Positions 13,193 to 24,876 of a DNA stretch of 64,000 bases are shown here, one piece after another (position 1 is the stretch's first letter; each line of letters starts with the position of its first letter). The stretch is from positions 95,555 to 159,554 of the forward strand of contig NW_015161507.1 of the NCBI RefSeq assembly GCF_001447785.1, read 5' to 3'. The position numbers were made by a program, and so were the translations under genes. The notes beneath the pieces were generated by a model. That model did no database searches. It was not told the DNA's origin and was given only the letters and a program-made list of their open reading frames with translations. The stretch is from Gekko japonicus (Eukaryota).

Positions 13193-14900
13193 CTTGTGGT
13201 TAGATGTTCCTCATGGAATGCACAACAGTCACTCGGTGCTGTACCATTGCAGCCTCAACAAAAGTCATAATTTCTGATGGCAAACTACACAGAAATCCAT
13301 TTTGCTCAAAGATGGCGGCTGTAACCAGGCCAAATCAGGGCCAAAAACGTACCAGATTAACAGGTCTCTTGGAAGTGGAGAGGATTCTTTTTCATCATGG
13401 CTGGGTTCAGAAACCCTCCTCCCTACAAAAGCACTCCTTGTCTTCTTGCTCTCCCTCCATCCCAAATCCGCACTCCCACCTGGTGATCCTTCAATGCCCT
13501 GCACGTGTCCTTGTGGTGTAAAGCCCCTGTCATGAGCCTAAGTCTAAGGCTGAGGAATGAGTGGCCTGTAGGCCTCAAAGAAGCCTCTGTTTCATATGAG
13601 CCTGTAGGCCTCAAGACAGCCTTTCCTCAGGCCTGGCTGCTAATTTCTCTGCAGGTTTACATTTCCCAAGCCTCAGAATTAGGCCTGGTAAAAATGGAGG
13701 GGAAACTGGCACCAACAGCTGTCTAGGAGGGAGAGAGCTCTAAAAGGGAGCATAAAAGGCCCTGCACAGAGAAGGACGGGATTTACTCCCTGAAGTCTAG
13801 CAGTAGTGAGGGCTGCTTTTGGAGGGAGATGATCCCTTCTTCCCCATGGTGGGGTGAGTGCGGCCTACTAGGGTCAGGTACTGAGACAGAAATAGGAACT
13901 AAGTGAAGGAGCCGTGTTAGGGAACTTTATTGTTTGCCAGTCAGATTCTTTTCTGTGTGTTTTTTGCCCTGTATAGTTGTAAAGTTACTGTATTAATTCT
14001 GCCCCACGTTTGTCTATTATTTACAAAATTTACATCCTGCCTTTCTGGCCTGACAAGGGCCACCAAGAGCTAACAATTAAAAACACACATGACTTGTGAC
14101 TGTACTTGCTACGGTATTTGCTGAATAAACCATCTCTTGTTCGCTCTGCCTGCGTTCTACATATTAAGGCCTGTGCTTGCCCCAGGTCTGAAGGGGGCAG
14201 GGAGCATGTGGGGAGGAAGGGATTCTTGGAAGGGATGCCCTGTCTGGGGCAAACCTACATGGCCCTGTACCATTCTATGGCAGTCCCATTCTCCACAGGA
14301 AACCTTTTTTTGTTTTAGGAAGAGCTCCACACAGTGAGGAGTGATAAATGACTGGCGGGGAGTTAGCTCTGGTGCAGAGAGAGAAGGCAAGGGAGAGTTT
14401 CTGACAGGAGAGAAGGGTCTCTGAACATCCCTATGCTGCTTGTTTCTCATTATGGTATGCTTCTCAGGATTGGGATGCCAGCCTCCAGGTGGGACCTGGG
14501 GATCTCCTGGAGTTATACCTCGTTTCCAGACTGCAGAGATCAGTTCCCCTGGAGAAAACAGATGCTTTGGAGGGTGGACTCTATGGCATTGTACCCCACT
14601 GCGGTCCCTGTCCTCCCCAGCCTCCATCCCCAAGTCTCCAAGAGTTCCCGAACCTGGATCTCACAACCCGCTGGTGGCCAGGGAGGACCTGTTCCTGACC
14701 CTCTTGGACTTTCCTGGCCTACGTGCCAGGACTTGATACTGGTGGGGGGCCATATGTCTGTGCCCGTCTTCCTGTCACACGATTCTGCTGTCACACAATG
14801 GTTTGCAACTTCCTGTCATGTGCTTGCCAGTCAGCGAGTCCACTGCTGCTCCCTAGTGATTAAAGCTGGGTCTTGGGTCTGTAACGTTTGAAGACCCAAC

Positions 14901-15103
14901 CAGTGTTCCCTCTAATCTGAGTTAGTGTGAGCTAGCTCTCAGTTTTTTAGCCTCTGGCTCACACATTTTTGTCTGAGGAAAGATGGCTCTAGAGCAGACT
15001 AATTTATATGCAGTAGCCAAATCGCTCGCTCACAACTGTAACGCCAGTCGCTCACAAAGTAGACTTTTTGCTCGCAAGACTCCACAGCTTAGAGGGAGCA
15101 TTG
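14901..15103. mobile_element. hAT-type MITE, same family
   Basis: Same TIRs; degenerate 8-bp TSD gacccaac/aactcaac. Confidence 0.85.
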
Positions 15104-15234
15104 AACTCAACAGTTAAGGGGGAGAGAAAGCGACTAAGCCAAGGCCAGCCAGTGAGCTTAATGGCTGAGAGGGCTTTTGAACCAGGGTCATAGTCTGACA
15201 CGTTGATCCTTTGCATGCATGTTTTTGCTATCAG

Positions 15235-15435
15235 TTGCTGCCTGCAGAGAAGCCCGTAAGGAAGCAGATCCTGGAGTTGGTGATCCTGGAGAAGTTCCTG
15301 GCCGTCCTTCCTCAGGAAATGCAGTGCTGGGTCAGGAAGTGCGACCCCGAGACTTACGACCAGGCAGTGGCCCTGGCAGAAGTCTTCCTGTCAAGGCACC
15401 AACAAAAGGAGGAGGAAGTGAAGCAAAGGGAGCAG
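15235..15435 (+). CDS. ZNF gene 2: C-terminal part of SCAN domain
   Basis: [40 protein letters not shown] is the SCAN signature; tcag acceptor at 15234; phase-0 donor cag|gtgaga. Confidence 0.88.
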
Positions 15436-16309
15436 GTGAGAATGCGTTGCCCTTACAGCCCTGAGAGGTGATGGATGAGCATGAAAAGCACCTCTTCTAT
15501 TGAGAAACCTTCAACGTGGGGGATGGCCAAGGCCTAGATGTTGGTCTAAACGTGTCTGAGGTAGCACCACTGCTTGAAGTTAAGCAGACATGTATCTGGT
15601 CAGTCCTCTGAACAGGAAGCTTTTGATCAGCCTCACATAAAAGTTTGGTACAAACAATAATGTGTGGTGTTTTTTTAAGCATTGGCCAACTGCAGATATG
15701 TAGGCCTTGTTGTCCCTTCAAAATAGCTTAAGTGGCCATTGTAAATGTTTATAATGTGGTGGTTGTCAAATATTCTCACCTTTAAACTATTTTAATCCCT
15801 TTGTTTTTTTAATCCCACCCTGCTCAGGGTGGCAGTTGTGGTACTCCCCTCCCCCATCTTGTCTTCCAACAGTGGTCGTGAGGTAAACTTGGCCGAGAGG
15901 CGCCAGGGACTGCCCTCAGGGTCACCCAGTGAGTTCAGTGGCTCAGGATGGGTTTGTACCCAGGCCTCCCTAGTCTAACCACTACTTCCCTGCACTGGGT
16001 CTTAATTTTAAAAAGGAGAGTCCAGTCTGTGTTTGTACTGCTCTGCCAATCTGAACGGGTCTTTCGAGAAGTGGGTTTGTTCTTCTATATCTCCCATCGT
16101 CAACCTTGTGCAGGGAAGACTGACTAAGATTTGTGTTTACGCATACGCTATCCCACTTGCAGCCTTCTGCCAGTCAGGTTGTGCTCTTGAGTCTGTCCCT
16201 GTGAGATATCAGGCTACTAGAAGCCTCTGTTTCGATCAATATCTCTCGGATGTAAGTCTCTGAAAGCCAAAGCTGAAAGTCAGATACATCACAATTTTGA
16301 CTCTTGATA

Positions 16310-16445
16310 AGGGGCTGTGGCTTCGTGGTAAAGCATCTGCTTGCCAGGCAGAAGGCCTGAGGTTCAATCGGCATCTCCAGTTGAAGGACCAAGCAGAAGG
16401 TGGTACGAAAGACCCCTGCCTGAGACCCTGGAGAGCCACTGCTCG
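16310..16445 (+). mobile_element. tRNA-derived SINE head
   Basis: ggggctgtggcttcgtggtaaagc (A box) and ggttcaat (B box), running into the gap. Confidence 0.7.
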
Positions 16446-16905
16446 NNNNNNNNNNNNNNNNNNNNNNNNNNNNNNNNNNNNNNNNNNNNNNNNNNNNNNN
16501 NNNNNNNNNNNNNNNNNNNNNNNNNNNNNNNNNNNNNNNNNNNNNNNNNNNNNNNNNNNNNNNNNNNNNNNNNNNNNNNNNNNNNNNNNNNNNNNNNNNN
16601 NNNNNNNNNNNNNNNNNNNNNNNNNNNNNNNNNNNNNNNNNNNNNNNNNNNNNNNNNNNNNNNNNNNNNNNNNNNNNNNNNNNNNNNNNNNNNNNNNNNN
16701 NNNNNNNNNNNNNNNNNNNNNNNNNNNNNNNNNNNNNNNNNNNNNNNNNNNNNNNNNNNNNNNNNNNNNNNNNNNNNNNNNNNNNNNNNNNNNNNNNNNN
16801 NNNNNNNNNNNNNNNNNNNNNNNNNNNNNNNNNNNNNNNNNNNNNNNNNNNNNNNNNNNNNNNNNNNNNNNNNNNNNNNNNNNNNNNNNNNNNNNNNNNN
16901 NNNNN
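16446..16905. other. Assembly gap (460 N)
   Basis: Run of N, followed by minisatellite-bearing repeat. Confidence 0.98.
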
Positions 16906-17520
16906 GTGTGGCCTAATGTGCTAATGAGCTATGCTCTCATGGGTGTGGCTGGATATGCTAATGAGTTTCTGTTGTTGGGTGTGGCCTATTATGCTAATGA
17001 GTTCCTGCTGGGCTTTTTCTACAAAAAAAGCCCTGCAAATAAGTATGAGATGCAAGTTTTGTATGAGCTGCCATGATGGTTGGTGGTAATGGCTAATTTT
17101 AGAAATGGTTTCTTAAGTTCCTGTTTACTTTGACAACTTTATGGACTGGGTTTTTATTTTATAAAGAGAAGTAAAACAAGTGTCAAGTGACACCTTAAAG
17201 ACTAACAGAAATTTATTCCAGCGTCAGCGTTTGTGAGTGAGAGCTCATTTGATCAGGTACACAAAGTGGACGACCATTAGGCCTCTGATGAATTGAGCTC
17301 TGACTCAGCAAAGTTTATGACGGAATAGATGGTGTTAATCTTTAAGATGTTGCTGGATTCCTAGCTTGGTTATCCATCTGACATTATTTTAAAACTGATT
17401 GTTTATATTGGCTGTCATGTTTATTGTATGGTGAATCACTTTTTGTTTTAAGCATAAAAGAACTCTATACATTTGATAAAGTTAATGATCAGGCGTGGTT
17501 TAAAAAACACCTTCTTGTGA

Positions 17521-17700
<180 letters not shown>

Positions 17701-19374
17701 TGAGGCCTGCATTCCTCTCCTTGAAAATTCCCCACCCCCCTTATACTAGAGTGATGTTGACAATGAAACGGGTTGCTTGTGCCGCATAGCCTTTTCATGT
17801 AACGATTGTTGGGTCAGGCACCAATGTGAGTTTATCCAGCATCTGAGTCGCTTTCATACATGTTGCATAATGCACTTTCAGTGCACTGTGCTGCTGGATT
17901 TTACTGTGTGAAATGGGAAAATCCTCTTGCAAACAATTGCTAAAGTGGATTGAAAGTGCATTATTCCTTGTATCAAAGCATCCTTTGTCTTTTCTAAATA
18001 AGCTTCAAATAAGCTTTTTGAAAACCTGGCTTTAAAAGCAAAGTTGTTCCATAGCTAAGAACTGAATATAGAATTAGTTCCAAAAACTTGCCTTTGGACC
18101 CTTGAAAGCACAACTGAGAACTAAATGCTTCCCTCCCATCCAGAATTTTCTAATAATCAGAGTCCCTTGAATTGTCATGTAGCCTTGTTTCAGATTCTTT
18201 TTTTTAAATTTTATTGTATTGAAGAACTGAATTACAAATAAAGATTACAATTTTAGCTAGTAACATATACGTGTTTCTTACATCACAATGTCTTCTTTTT
18301 TTGGATAGGTGTACATATATGTTTTTAATTGTTTTAAGAATTTACAATAGAAGCTTCTTTTCTTCTGTCTTTTCAGTTCTTCTGTCTTCTCAGTATTAAC
18401 CTATACTGCATTTTAAGCAAAACTTTTCAGCATAGCCACAAAACTAAAACAAAATACACAGGCTCAAAACCAGTCATAGTACTTCTTACTCTATTCTTCT
18501 TTGAACTTGAGTTCAGTCCGAGGGGGGCCCATGTTTCAGATTTTTGAGTAGTTGGGCGGGGCCGGGATCACAACCGTTTTGGATTGCACTTTGCCTAAAT
18601 TCAGACCTCACTTTTAACCTTGGCTAAAGAAAAATGTGTGTGAACCCCATTTAATGCTGGGCTTGCACATATCTTACTCCTTCCCCTTGCCTTCTTGCAT
18701 GTAACTCACTCTGGTGTGAGTTGATGTGCTAATGCAGGTATGCACGTGAACCAGACTTAATCTCCCCTCTCCCACCCCACCTGGGATTCTAAACCAGAGT
18801 TGGTTTGAGGCTTAGAATCCTGGCTGGTGGGGGCTGGGGGTGGTAGAATGAGTTTTCATTTCATGTGCATTGCTGTACATCCTGGGATCTGAAGTTAATT
18901 TCCGTGATTTTTCTGCACAAGAGCATAGTATGCGTGTGACCCTGGCAAAAAGCCATGTGTGCGTGTGTTTATGCACAATTTTCTTAAAGGGAATGTCTGA
19001 AGACATCCCACTGAGTCCTCTCTTTTGAGACAGAAGTGTATAACAGCGCCATCCTAAGCAGAAATGCACCCTGCTGAGTTCGGTGAAGTCAGTGGGCATA
19101 TAATGTCATACAGTGGGCATGTGTGTTTCATATGCACTTCACCACAGCTGTACCGCCATCGCTATGTAAATTGTTTTACTAATTATGTTGTGTTATGTTA
19201 TACTGATATTTATATTGTTATTTTATCTATTGCTTTCTTGTGTAAGCCACCCTGAGCCTGCCTTAGCGGGAAGGGTGGGGTAAAAATCAAATAAATAAAT
19301 AAATAAATAAAATATAAGGGTGTAACTCTGCTTAGGGCTGCGATGCACTGGTTCAGTGTTGAATGGAAAGGGAG

Positions 19375-19580
19375 CAATGTTCCTTCTAAGCTGTGGAGTC
19401 CTGTGAGCAAAAATTCTACTTTGTGAGCCGCTAGCATTGAAGTTGTGAGCAAGCGATTTGACTGCTACATAAATTAGTTTGCTCTGGAGCCCTCCTTCCT
19501 GAGCTAAGACACAAATGTGTGAGCCGGAGGCTAAAAACCTGTGGGCTAGCTCACACTAACTCAGCTTAGAGGGAACACTG
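19375..19580. mobile_element. hAT-type MITE, present in duplicate copy 1 only
   Basis: TIRs caatgttccttctaagctg / cagcttagagggaacactg; TSD aaagggag/gaagggag; single empty site gaagggag in copy 2 (about 21219). Confidence 0.92.
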
Positions 19581-19644
19581 GAAGGGAGTAGGGATAACCG
19601 CTTCTGTGGTGGGTATTGCTGACAATATCCTGATTTTGTCCCAG

Positions 19645-20075
19645 GATATAACACCTGTGTGCTGGAATATGAGGAGAACTGTTGGCAGAAAAGACCCAAA
19701 GAAGCGGATGTTGATGAAAGACTGGTAGAAGGATCTGAAGGGAAATGTTTCTGGGACCCTGCAACGCGGTCAAAGCCTGAAAGAAAGCTGGCGACAGACA
19801 GTCACCAGAACGATCATGAGGAGTATAAACCAAAACTAGCCTTGCTTTGGCGGGAAGATGCTGGGAATGTAGAGACGGACGAAGGACTCCTAAAGCGTGA
19901 AACACAGAGGGACCAAGACTGTGACAACAAATTTTGTCAGAGCGCGACGTTTGTCAGGAATCCACGAATGGCAGAAAAAGCGTATATCTGCTCATGCTGT
20001 GGGCAGATATTCCAAGGGACGTCCGCTTTGCTTGTGCACGAGAGGACTCAAATTGAAGAACTGAATTACAAATAA
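19645..20075 (+). CDS. ZNF gene 2: truncated duplicate of the terminal exon (one finger lacking its last His)
   Basis: Phase-1 acceptor ttttgtcccag; ends HERTQIEELNYK* across the duplication junction. Confidence 0.55.
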
Positions 20076-21282
20076 AGATTGCAATTTTAGCTAGTAACAT
20101 ATACGGGCTTCTTACATCACAATGTCTTCTGTTTTTGGATGGGTGTACATATACGTTTTTAATTGCTTTAAGAATTTACAATAGAAGCTTCTTTTCTTTC
20201 TACTATCTCTTCAGTTCTTCTGTCTTCTCAGTATTAACCTATACTGCATTTTAAGTATTTTAAGCAAAACACTTCAGCATAGCCACAAAACTAAAACAAA
20301 ATACACAGGCTCAAAACCAGTCATAGTACTTCTTACTCTATTCTTCTTTGAACTTGAGTTCAGTCCGAGGGGGGCCCATGTTTCAGATTTTTGAGTAGTT
20401 GGGCGGGGCCGGGATCACAACCGTTTTGGATTGCACTTTGCCTAAATTCAGACCTCACTTTTAACCTTGGCTAAAGAAAAATGTGTGTGAACCCCATTTA
20501 ATGCTGGGCTTGCACATATCTTACTCCTTCCCCTTGCCTCCTTGCATGTAACTCGCTCTGGTTATCCTTGATGTGCTAATGCAGGTATGCAGGTGAACCA
20601 GACTTAATCTCCCCTCCCCCACCCCACCTGAGATTCTAGACCAGAGTTGGTTTGAGGCTTAGAATCTTGGCTGGTGGGGGCTGGGGGGTGGTAGAATGAG
20701 TTTTCGTTCCATGTGCATTTCTGTACATCCTGGGATCTGAAGTTAGTTTCTGTGATTTTTCTGCACAAGAGCATAGTATGCGTGTGACCCTGGCAAAAAG
20801 CCATGTGTGCGTGTGTCTTTATGCACAATTTTCTTAAAGGGAATGTCTGAAGACATCCCACTGAGTCCTCTCTTTTGAGACAGAAGTGTATAACAGCGCC
20901 ATCCTAAGCAGAAATGCACCCTGCTGAGTTCGGTGAAGTCAGTGGGCATATAATGTCATACAGTGGGCATGTGTGTTTCATATGCACTTCACCACAGCTG
21001 TACCGCCATCGCTATGTAAATTGTTTTACTAATTATGTTGTGTGTTATTTTATATTGATATTTATATTGTTGTTTTATCTGTTGCTTTCTTGTGTAAGCC
21101 GCCCTGAGCCTGCCTTGGCGGGAAGGGTGGGGTAAAAATCAAATAAATAAATAAATAAATAAAATATAAGGGTGTAACTCTGCTTAGGGCTGCGATGCAC
21201 TGGTTCAGTGTTGAATGGGAAGGGAGTAGGGATAACCACTTCTGTGGTGGGTATCGCTGACCATATCCTGATTTTGTCCCAG

Positions 21283-22058
21283 GATATAACACCTGTGTGC
21301 TGGAATATGAGGAGAACTGTTGGCAGAAAAGACCCAAAGAAGCGGATGTTGATGAAAGACTGGTAGAAGGATCTGAAGGGAAATGTTTCTGGGACCCTGC
21401 AACGCGGTCAAAGCCTGAAAGAAAGCTGGCGACAGACAGTCACCAGAACGATCATGAGGAGTATAAACCGAAACTAGCCTTGCTTTGGCAGGAAGATGCT
21501 GGAAATGTAGAGTCGGATGAAGGACTCCTGAAGCGTGAAAGAACACAGAGGGACCAAGACTGTGAAAACGAATTTTGTCAGAGCGTGACATCTGTCAGGA
21601 ATCCCCGAATGGCAGAAAAAGCGTATATTTGTTCATGCTGTGGGCAAATATTCCAAGGGACTTCCGCTTTGCTTGTGCACGAGAGGACTCACATAGCAGA
21701 GAGAATATATAAGTGCTCGCAGTGTGGGAGGAACTACTCTTGTCATTCTGACCTCCTTGTGCACCAGAAGAGCCATGCGGGAGAAGACCCACACCGGTGT
21801 GCTTTGGACTGTGGCAAATGCTCTAGTCGGCATGCCCCTCTGCCCCCGCACCAGGGAGCCCATCCGGAAGAGAAGGTAAGCAGGTGCCTCGAGTGCAGGA
21901 AAAGCTTTGGCAGTAAATGGCAGCGCCATCAGCAAAAGAAACCCCATACGAGGGAGAAACAAAATGAGTGCTTAGAATGTGGGGAAAGGTTCAAATGGAA
22001 GGCCTCCCTTGCGAGGCACTCTGTGCTGAGGCAAAGCCTTATGAGAACCATGCTCTGA
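21283..22058 (+). CDS. ZNF gene 2: terminal exon with 2-3 intact and 2 degenerate C2H2 fingers
   Basis: Phase-1 acceptor at 21281-21282; CSCC..HERTH, CSQC..HQKSH and CALDC..HQGAH, then degenerate CLEC units. Confidence 0.8.
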
Positions 22059-22152
22059 GCTTGGGCCCCACATCCATATGGTTTCTAAGTCCACAGAGAG
22101 GAGGGATGTCTTAGCTGCAGTCACCATGAGAGCAGCTTTAGCCAAAGATCCC

Positions 22153-22200
22153 GTTGTTGTTGTTGTTGTTGTTGTTGTTATTATTATTGTTGTTGTTGTT
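22153..22200. repeat. (GTT)n/(ATT)n microsatellite
   Basis: Directly visible. Confidence 0.95.
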
Positions 22201-22616
22201 CCATTCCACCCTGACCAAATCTAAAAGGAGACTTTTGTGGCATCTGCAAGGCCATGACGGATTTATAGTCGCATAAGAGAAAGTAGGGTTCGCTCAGGAA
22301 AACCTATTGCTGCAATAAATCTGCTAGGTTTGGTCATGCACGCAGGAGAATGAAGTGGGGACACCGATGCCCTGAAGGAGTGGCATTCTGGCTCTAGATA
22401 TTTTCTTTTCAGTAGCAAAACAAACCCCACCCTCCACTCTCTGCACGCGAGAAAGCTAGCACAGCAGGGAGAAAAATTCTGTTCTCCTTTTTTACTTGCA
22501 TGCTGGCTTTCTCTTTGCAAGGAGTGATTAATTAATTATCGTATGGCATTGTGTGTAGCATAGACAGGAGATCCTAAGATTGTCTGACAGCCGGAAGCTC
22601 TAGCTCTTTTAGTGGT

Positions 22617-22636
22617 ATGCACCACTAGGGGGCGAG
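22617..22636 (+). promoter_or_regulatory. CTCF-like motif
   Basis: gcaccactagggggcgag matches the CTCF core CCAC/GYAGG/AT/GGGCG. Confidence 0.6.
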
Positions 22637-22658
22637 CTAGACTTGTTTTTAGGCCAGA

Positions 22659-23279
22659 GACAGTTCAGAGCTGGTTTGCCGTTTCCCGCCTCTGCGTAAC
22701 AGCCCTGGTTATTCCTTGGAGGTCGCTCTTCCAGTTCCTAGCCATGGCTGTCCCAGCTTAACTTCCGAGATCTGATGAGACTGAGCTAGCCTGGGCTATC
22801 CCAGTTGGGGGTGTTTAACAAAGGACAGCATTCTCAAATGGTGACGCTCTCCTGCAGTTCGATTTTTTTTTAAAAATGTATATCTTGCGTCTCTCCCTAA
22901 TTGGGACCCAAAATGCCTTACCAGAACATTCTCCTTTGCTCACTCTACAGTCACACCAAGAAACTTGCAAGACAGTTCAGAGCTGGTTTGCCGTTTCCCG
23001 CCTCTGCGTAACAGCCCTGGTTATTCCTTGGAGGTCGCTCTTCCAGTTCCTAGCCATGGCTGACCCAGCTTAACTTCCGAGATCTGATGAGACTGAGCTA
23101 GCCTGGGCTATCCCAGTCGGGGGTGTTTAACAAAGGACAGCAATCTCAAATGGTGATGCTCTCTTGCAGTTTGATTTTTTTTAAAAATGTGTATCTTGCT
23201 TCTCTCTAATTGGGACCCAAAATGCCTTACCATAATATTCTCATTTAATCACTCTACAGTCACACCAAGAAACTTGCAA
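22659..23279. repeat. Tandem duplication of about 311 bp containing an antisense 5S-derived SINE
   Basis: Units start at 22659 and 22971 (gacagttcagagctggtttgcc). Confidence 0.88.
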
Positions 23280-23444
23280 GGTACGTTAGGCTGAGAGAAT
23301 GTGACAGGTCCAAGGTAATCCAGTGAGAGGCAGAGCAGGGATTCAAACCTTGGTTGTCCTTGTTCCACACTCTGATCACTGCACCACACTGGCTCTCAAC
23401 TGCAGTTCTGTTCATAGGGTGTGTGTGTGTATGTATTAGTATTG

Positions 23445-24012
23445 GAAAAGGTGCAGAAAAGGGCAACTAAAAAGATGAAGGGGATGGCACACCTTCCTTA
23501 TGAAGCTTAGGGGTCTTTAGCTTGGAGGAGCGACGGTTGAGGGGTGACATGATAGAGGTTTACAGAATTATGCATGGGATAGAGAAAGAAGTACTTTTCT
23601 CCCTTTCTTACAATACAAAAACTCGTGGGCATTTGGCTGTCCCTGTTCCACAAACCTTGGCTGTCCTTGTTCCACACTCTAATCACTGCAACACAGGCTC
23701 TCAACTGCAGTTCTGTTCATAGGGGTGTGTGTGTATGTATTAGTATTGGAAAAGGTGCAGAAAAGGGCAACTAAAAAGATGAAGGGGATGGTACACCTTC
23801 CTTATGAAGCTTAGGGGTCTTTAGCTTGGAGGAGCGACGGTTGAGGGGTGACATGATAGAGGTTTACAGAATTATGCATGGGATAGAGAAAGAAGTACTT
23901 TTCTCCCTTTCTTACAATACAAAAACTCGTGGGCATTCAATGAAATTAATGAGCAGTAGCCTTAGAACAGATAAAGGAAGTACTTCTTCACCCCAAAGAG
24001 TAATTAACACCT
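23445..24012 (+). mobile_element. CR1 LINE 3' fragment, tandemly duplicated (about 304-bp unit)
   Basis: LEERRLRGDMIEVYRIMHGIEK and TRGHSMKL are CR1 ORF2 C-terminal motifs; present twice. Confidence 0.88.
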
Positions 24013-24092
24013 GTCCAAAGTGCCGCATCACAATCCTTTGCCCCTTCTCCACTTCCCATGACGCTTTAACTGTTTTCCTTTCTGTCTTTCAG

Positions 24093-24872
24093 CCCTCCAT
24101 CTCTGGAATAACAAAGAGGTCAGCCACCACCAAGGAAGTTTCACATGCAAAGATAGGTCTCTCTGAGCCAGATGATAGTGCACCCAAGAGGTTACGGGCT
24201 CAGGGGCGGTTGACAAAGGCAGGCGAGGCGTGGAAATCTGCAGACGGAGCCCAAGAAGACAAGGCACAGGCCGGGGATGCGTTGCGATTGCGGTTCCCTT
24301 GTGGAAAGTGCCGCATCACAATCCTTTGCACCTGCTCCACGTCCCATGATGCTTTACCTGTTTTCCTTTCTGTCTTTCAGCCCTCCATCTCTGGAATAAC
24401 AAAGAGGTCAGCCACCACCAAGGAAGTTTCACATGCAAAGATAGGTCTCTCTGAGCCAGATGATAGTGCACCCAAGAGGTTACGGGCTCAGGGGCGGTTG
24501 ACAAAGGCAGGCGAGGCGTGGAAATCTGCAGACGGAGCCCAAGAAGACAAGGCACAGGCCGGGGATGCGTTGCGATTGCGGTTCCCTTGTGGAAAGGGAA
24601 AGAAAACGGCTGACTGCAGCGTCAGTGACGTGGATGACGCGTTCTCCGTGGCTGACCGGTATCTTCCTGCTGCTCCTTCCTCTGACGACGATGCCCCTTC
24701 CTCACCTTGCAGATCGATCGCCAGCTCTCTTGACTCCTCGCTGAAAGATGAGCATGTGACCCACCCTCTGGAGCACGCTGCTGGCATCGAGGTGGGAACA
24801 CTCCCTGTTCTGAAATCTGAACAGGTTCATCATAGGCAGGAGGAGTTCAGTGTGGAACACGGCACACCTTCA
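24093..24872 (+). CDS. Putative upstream coding exon of the hAT/ZBED gene (low-complexity N-terminal region, includes 288-bp duplication)
   Basis: Strong acceptors ttttcctttctgtctttcag at 24092 and 24380 (both phase 0); open frame; phase-0 donor tca|gtgagt at 24872. Confidence 0.5.
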
Positions 24873-24876
24873 GTGA

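Larger units (their letters stand above)
18218..21691 (+). repeat. Tandem duplication (18218-20051 and 20052-21691) covering intron and start of last exon
   Basis: Both copies begin attgaagaactgaattacaaataaagatt; highly similar throughout. Confidence 0.92.

Noticed and set aside
16310-16380. tRNA gene
   Set aside because: No complete cloverleaf; continues into SINE body
16297-17076. ORFs spanning 16446-16905
   Set aside because: Artefacts of translating through the N gap
23826-24092. N-terminal part of the 418-aa ORF as real protein
   Set aside because: It is CR1 ORF2 debris and intron sequence that happens to be in frame; a strong acceptor follows
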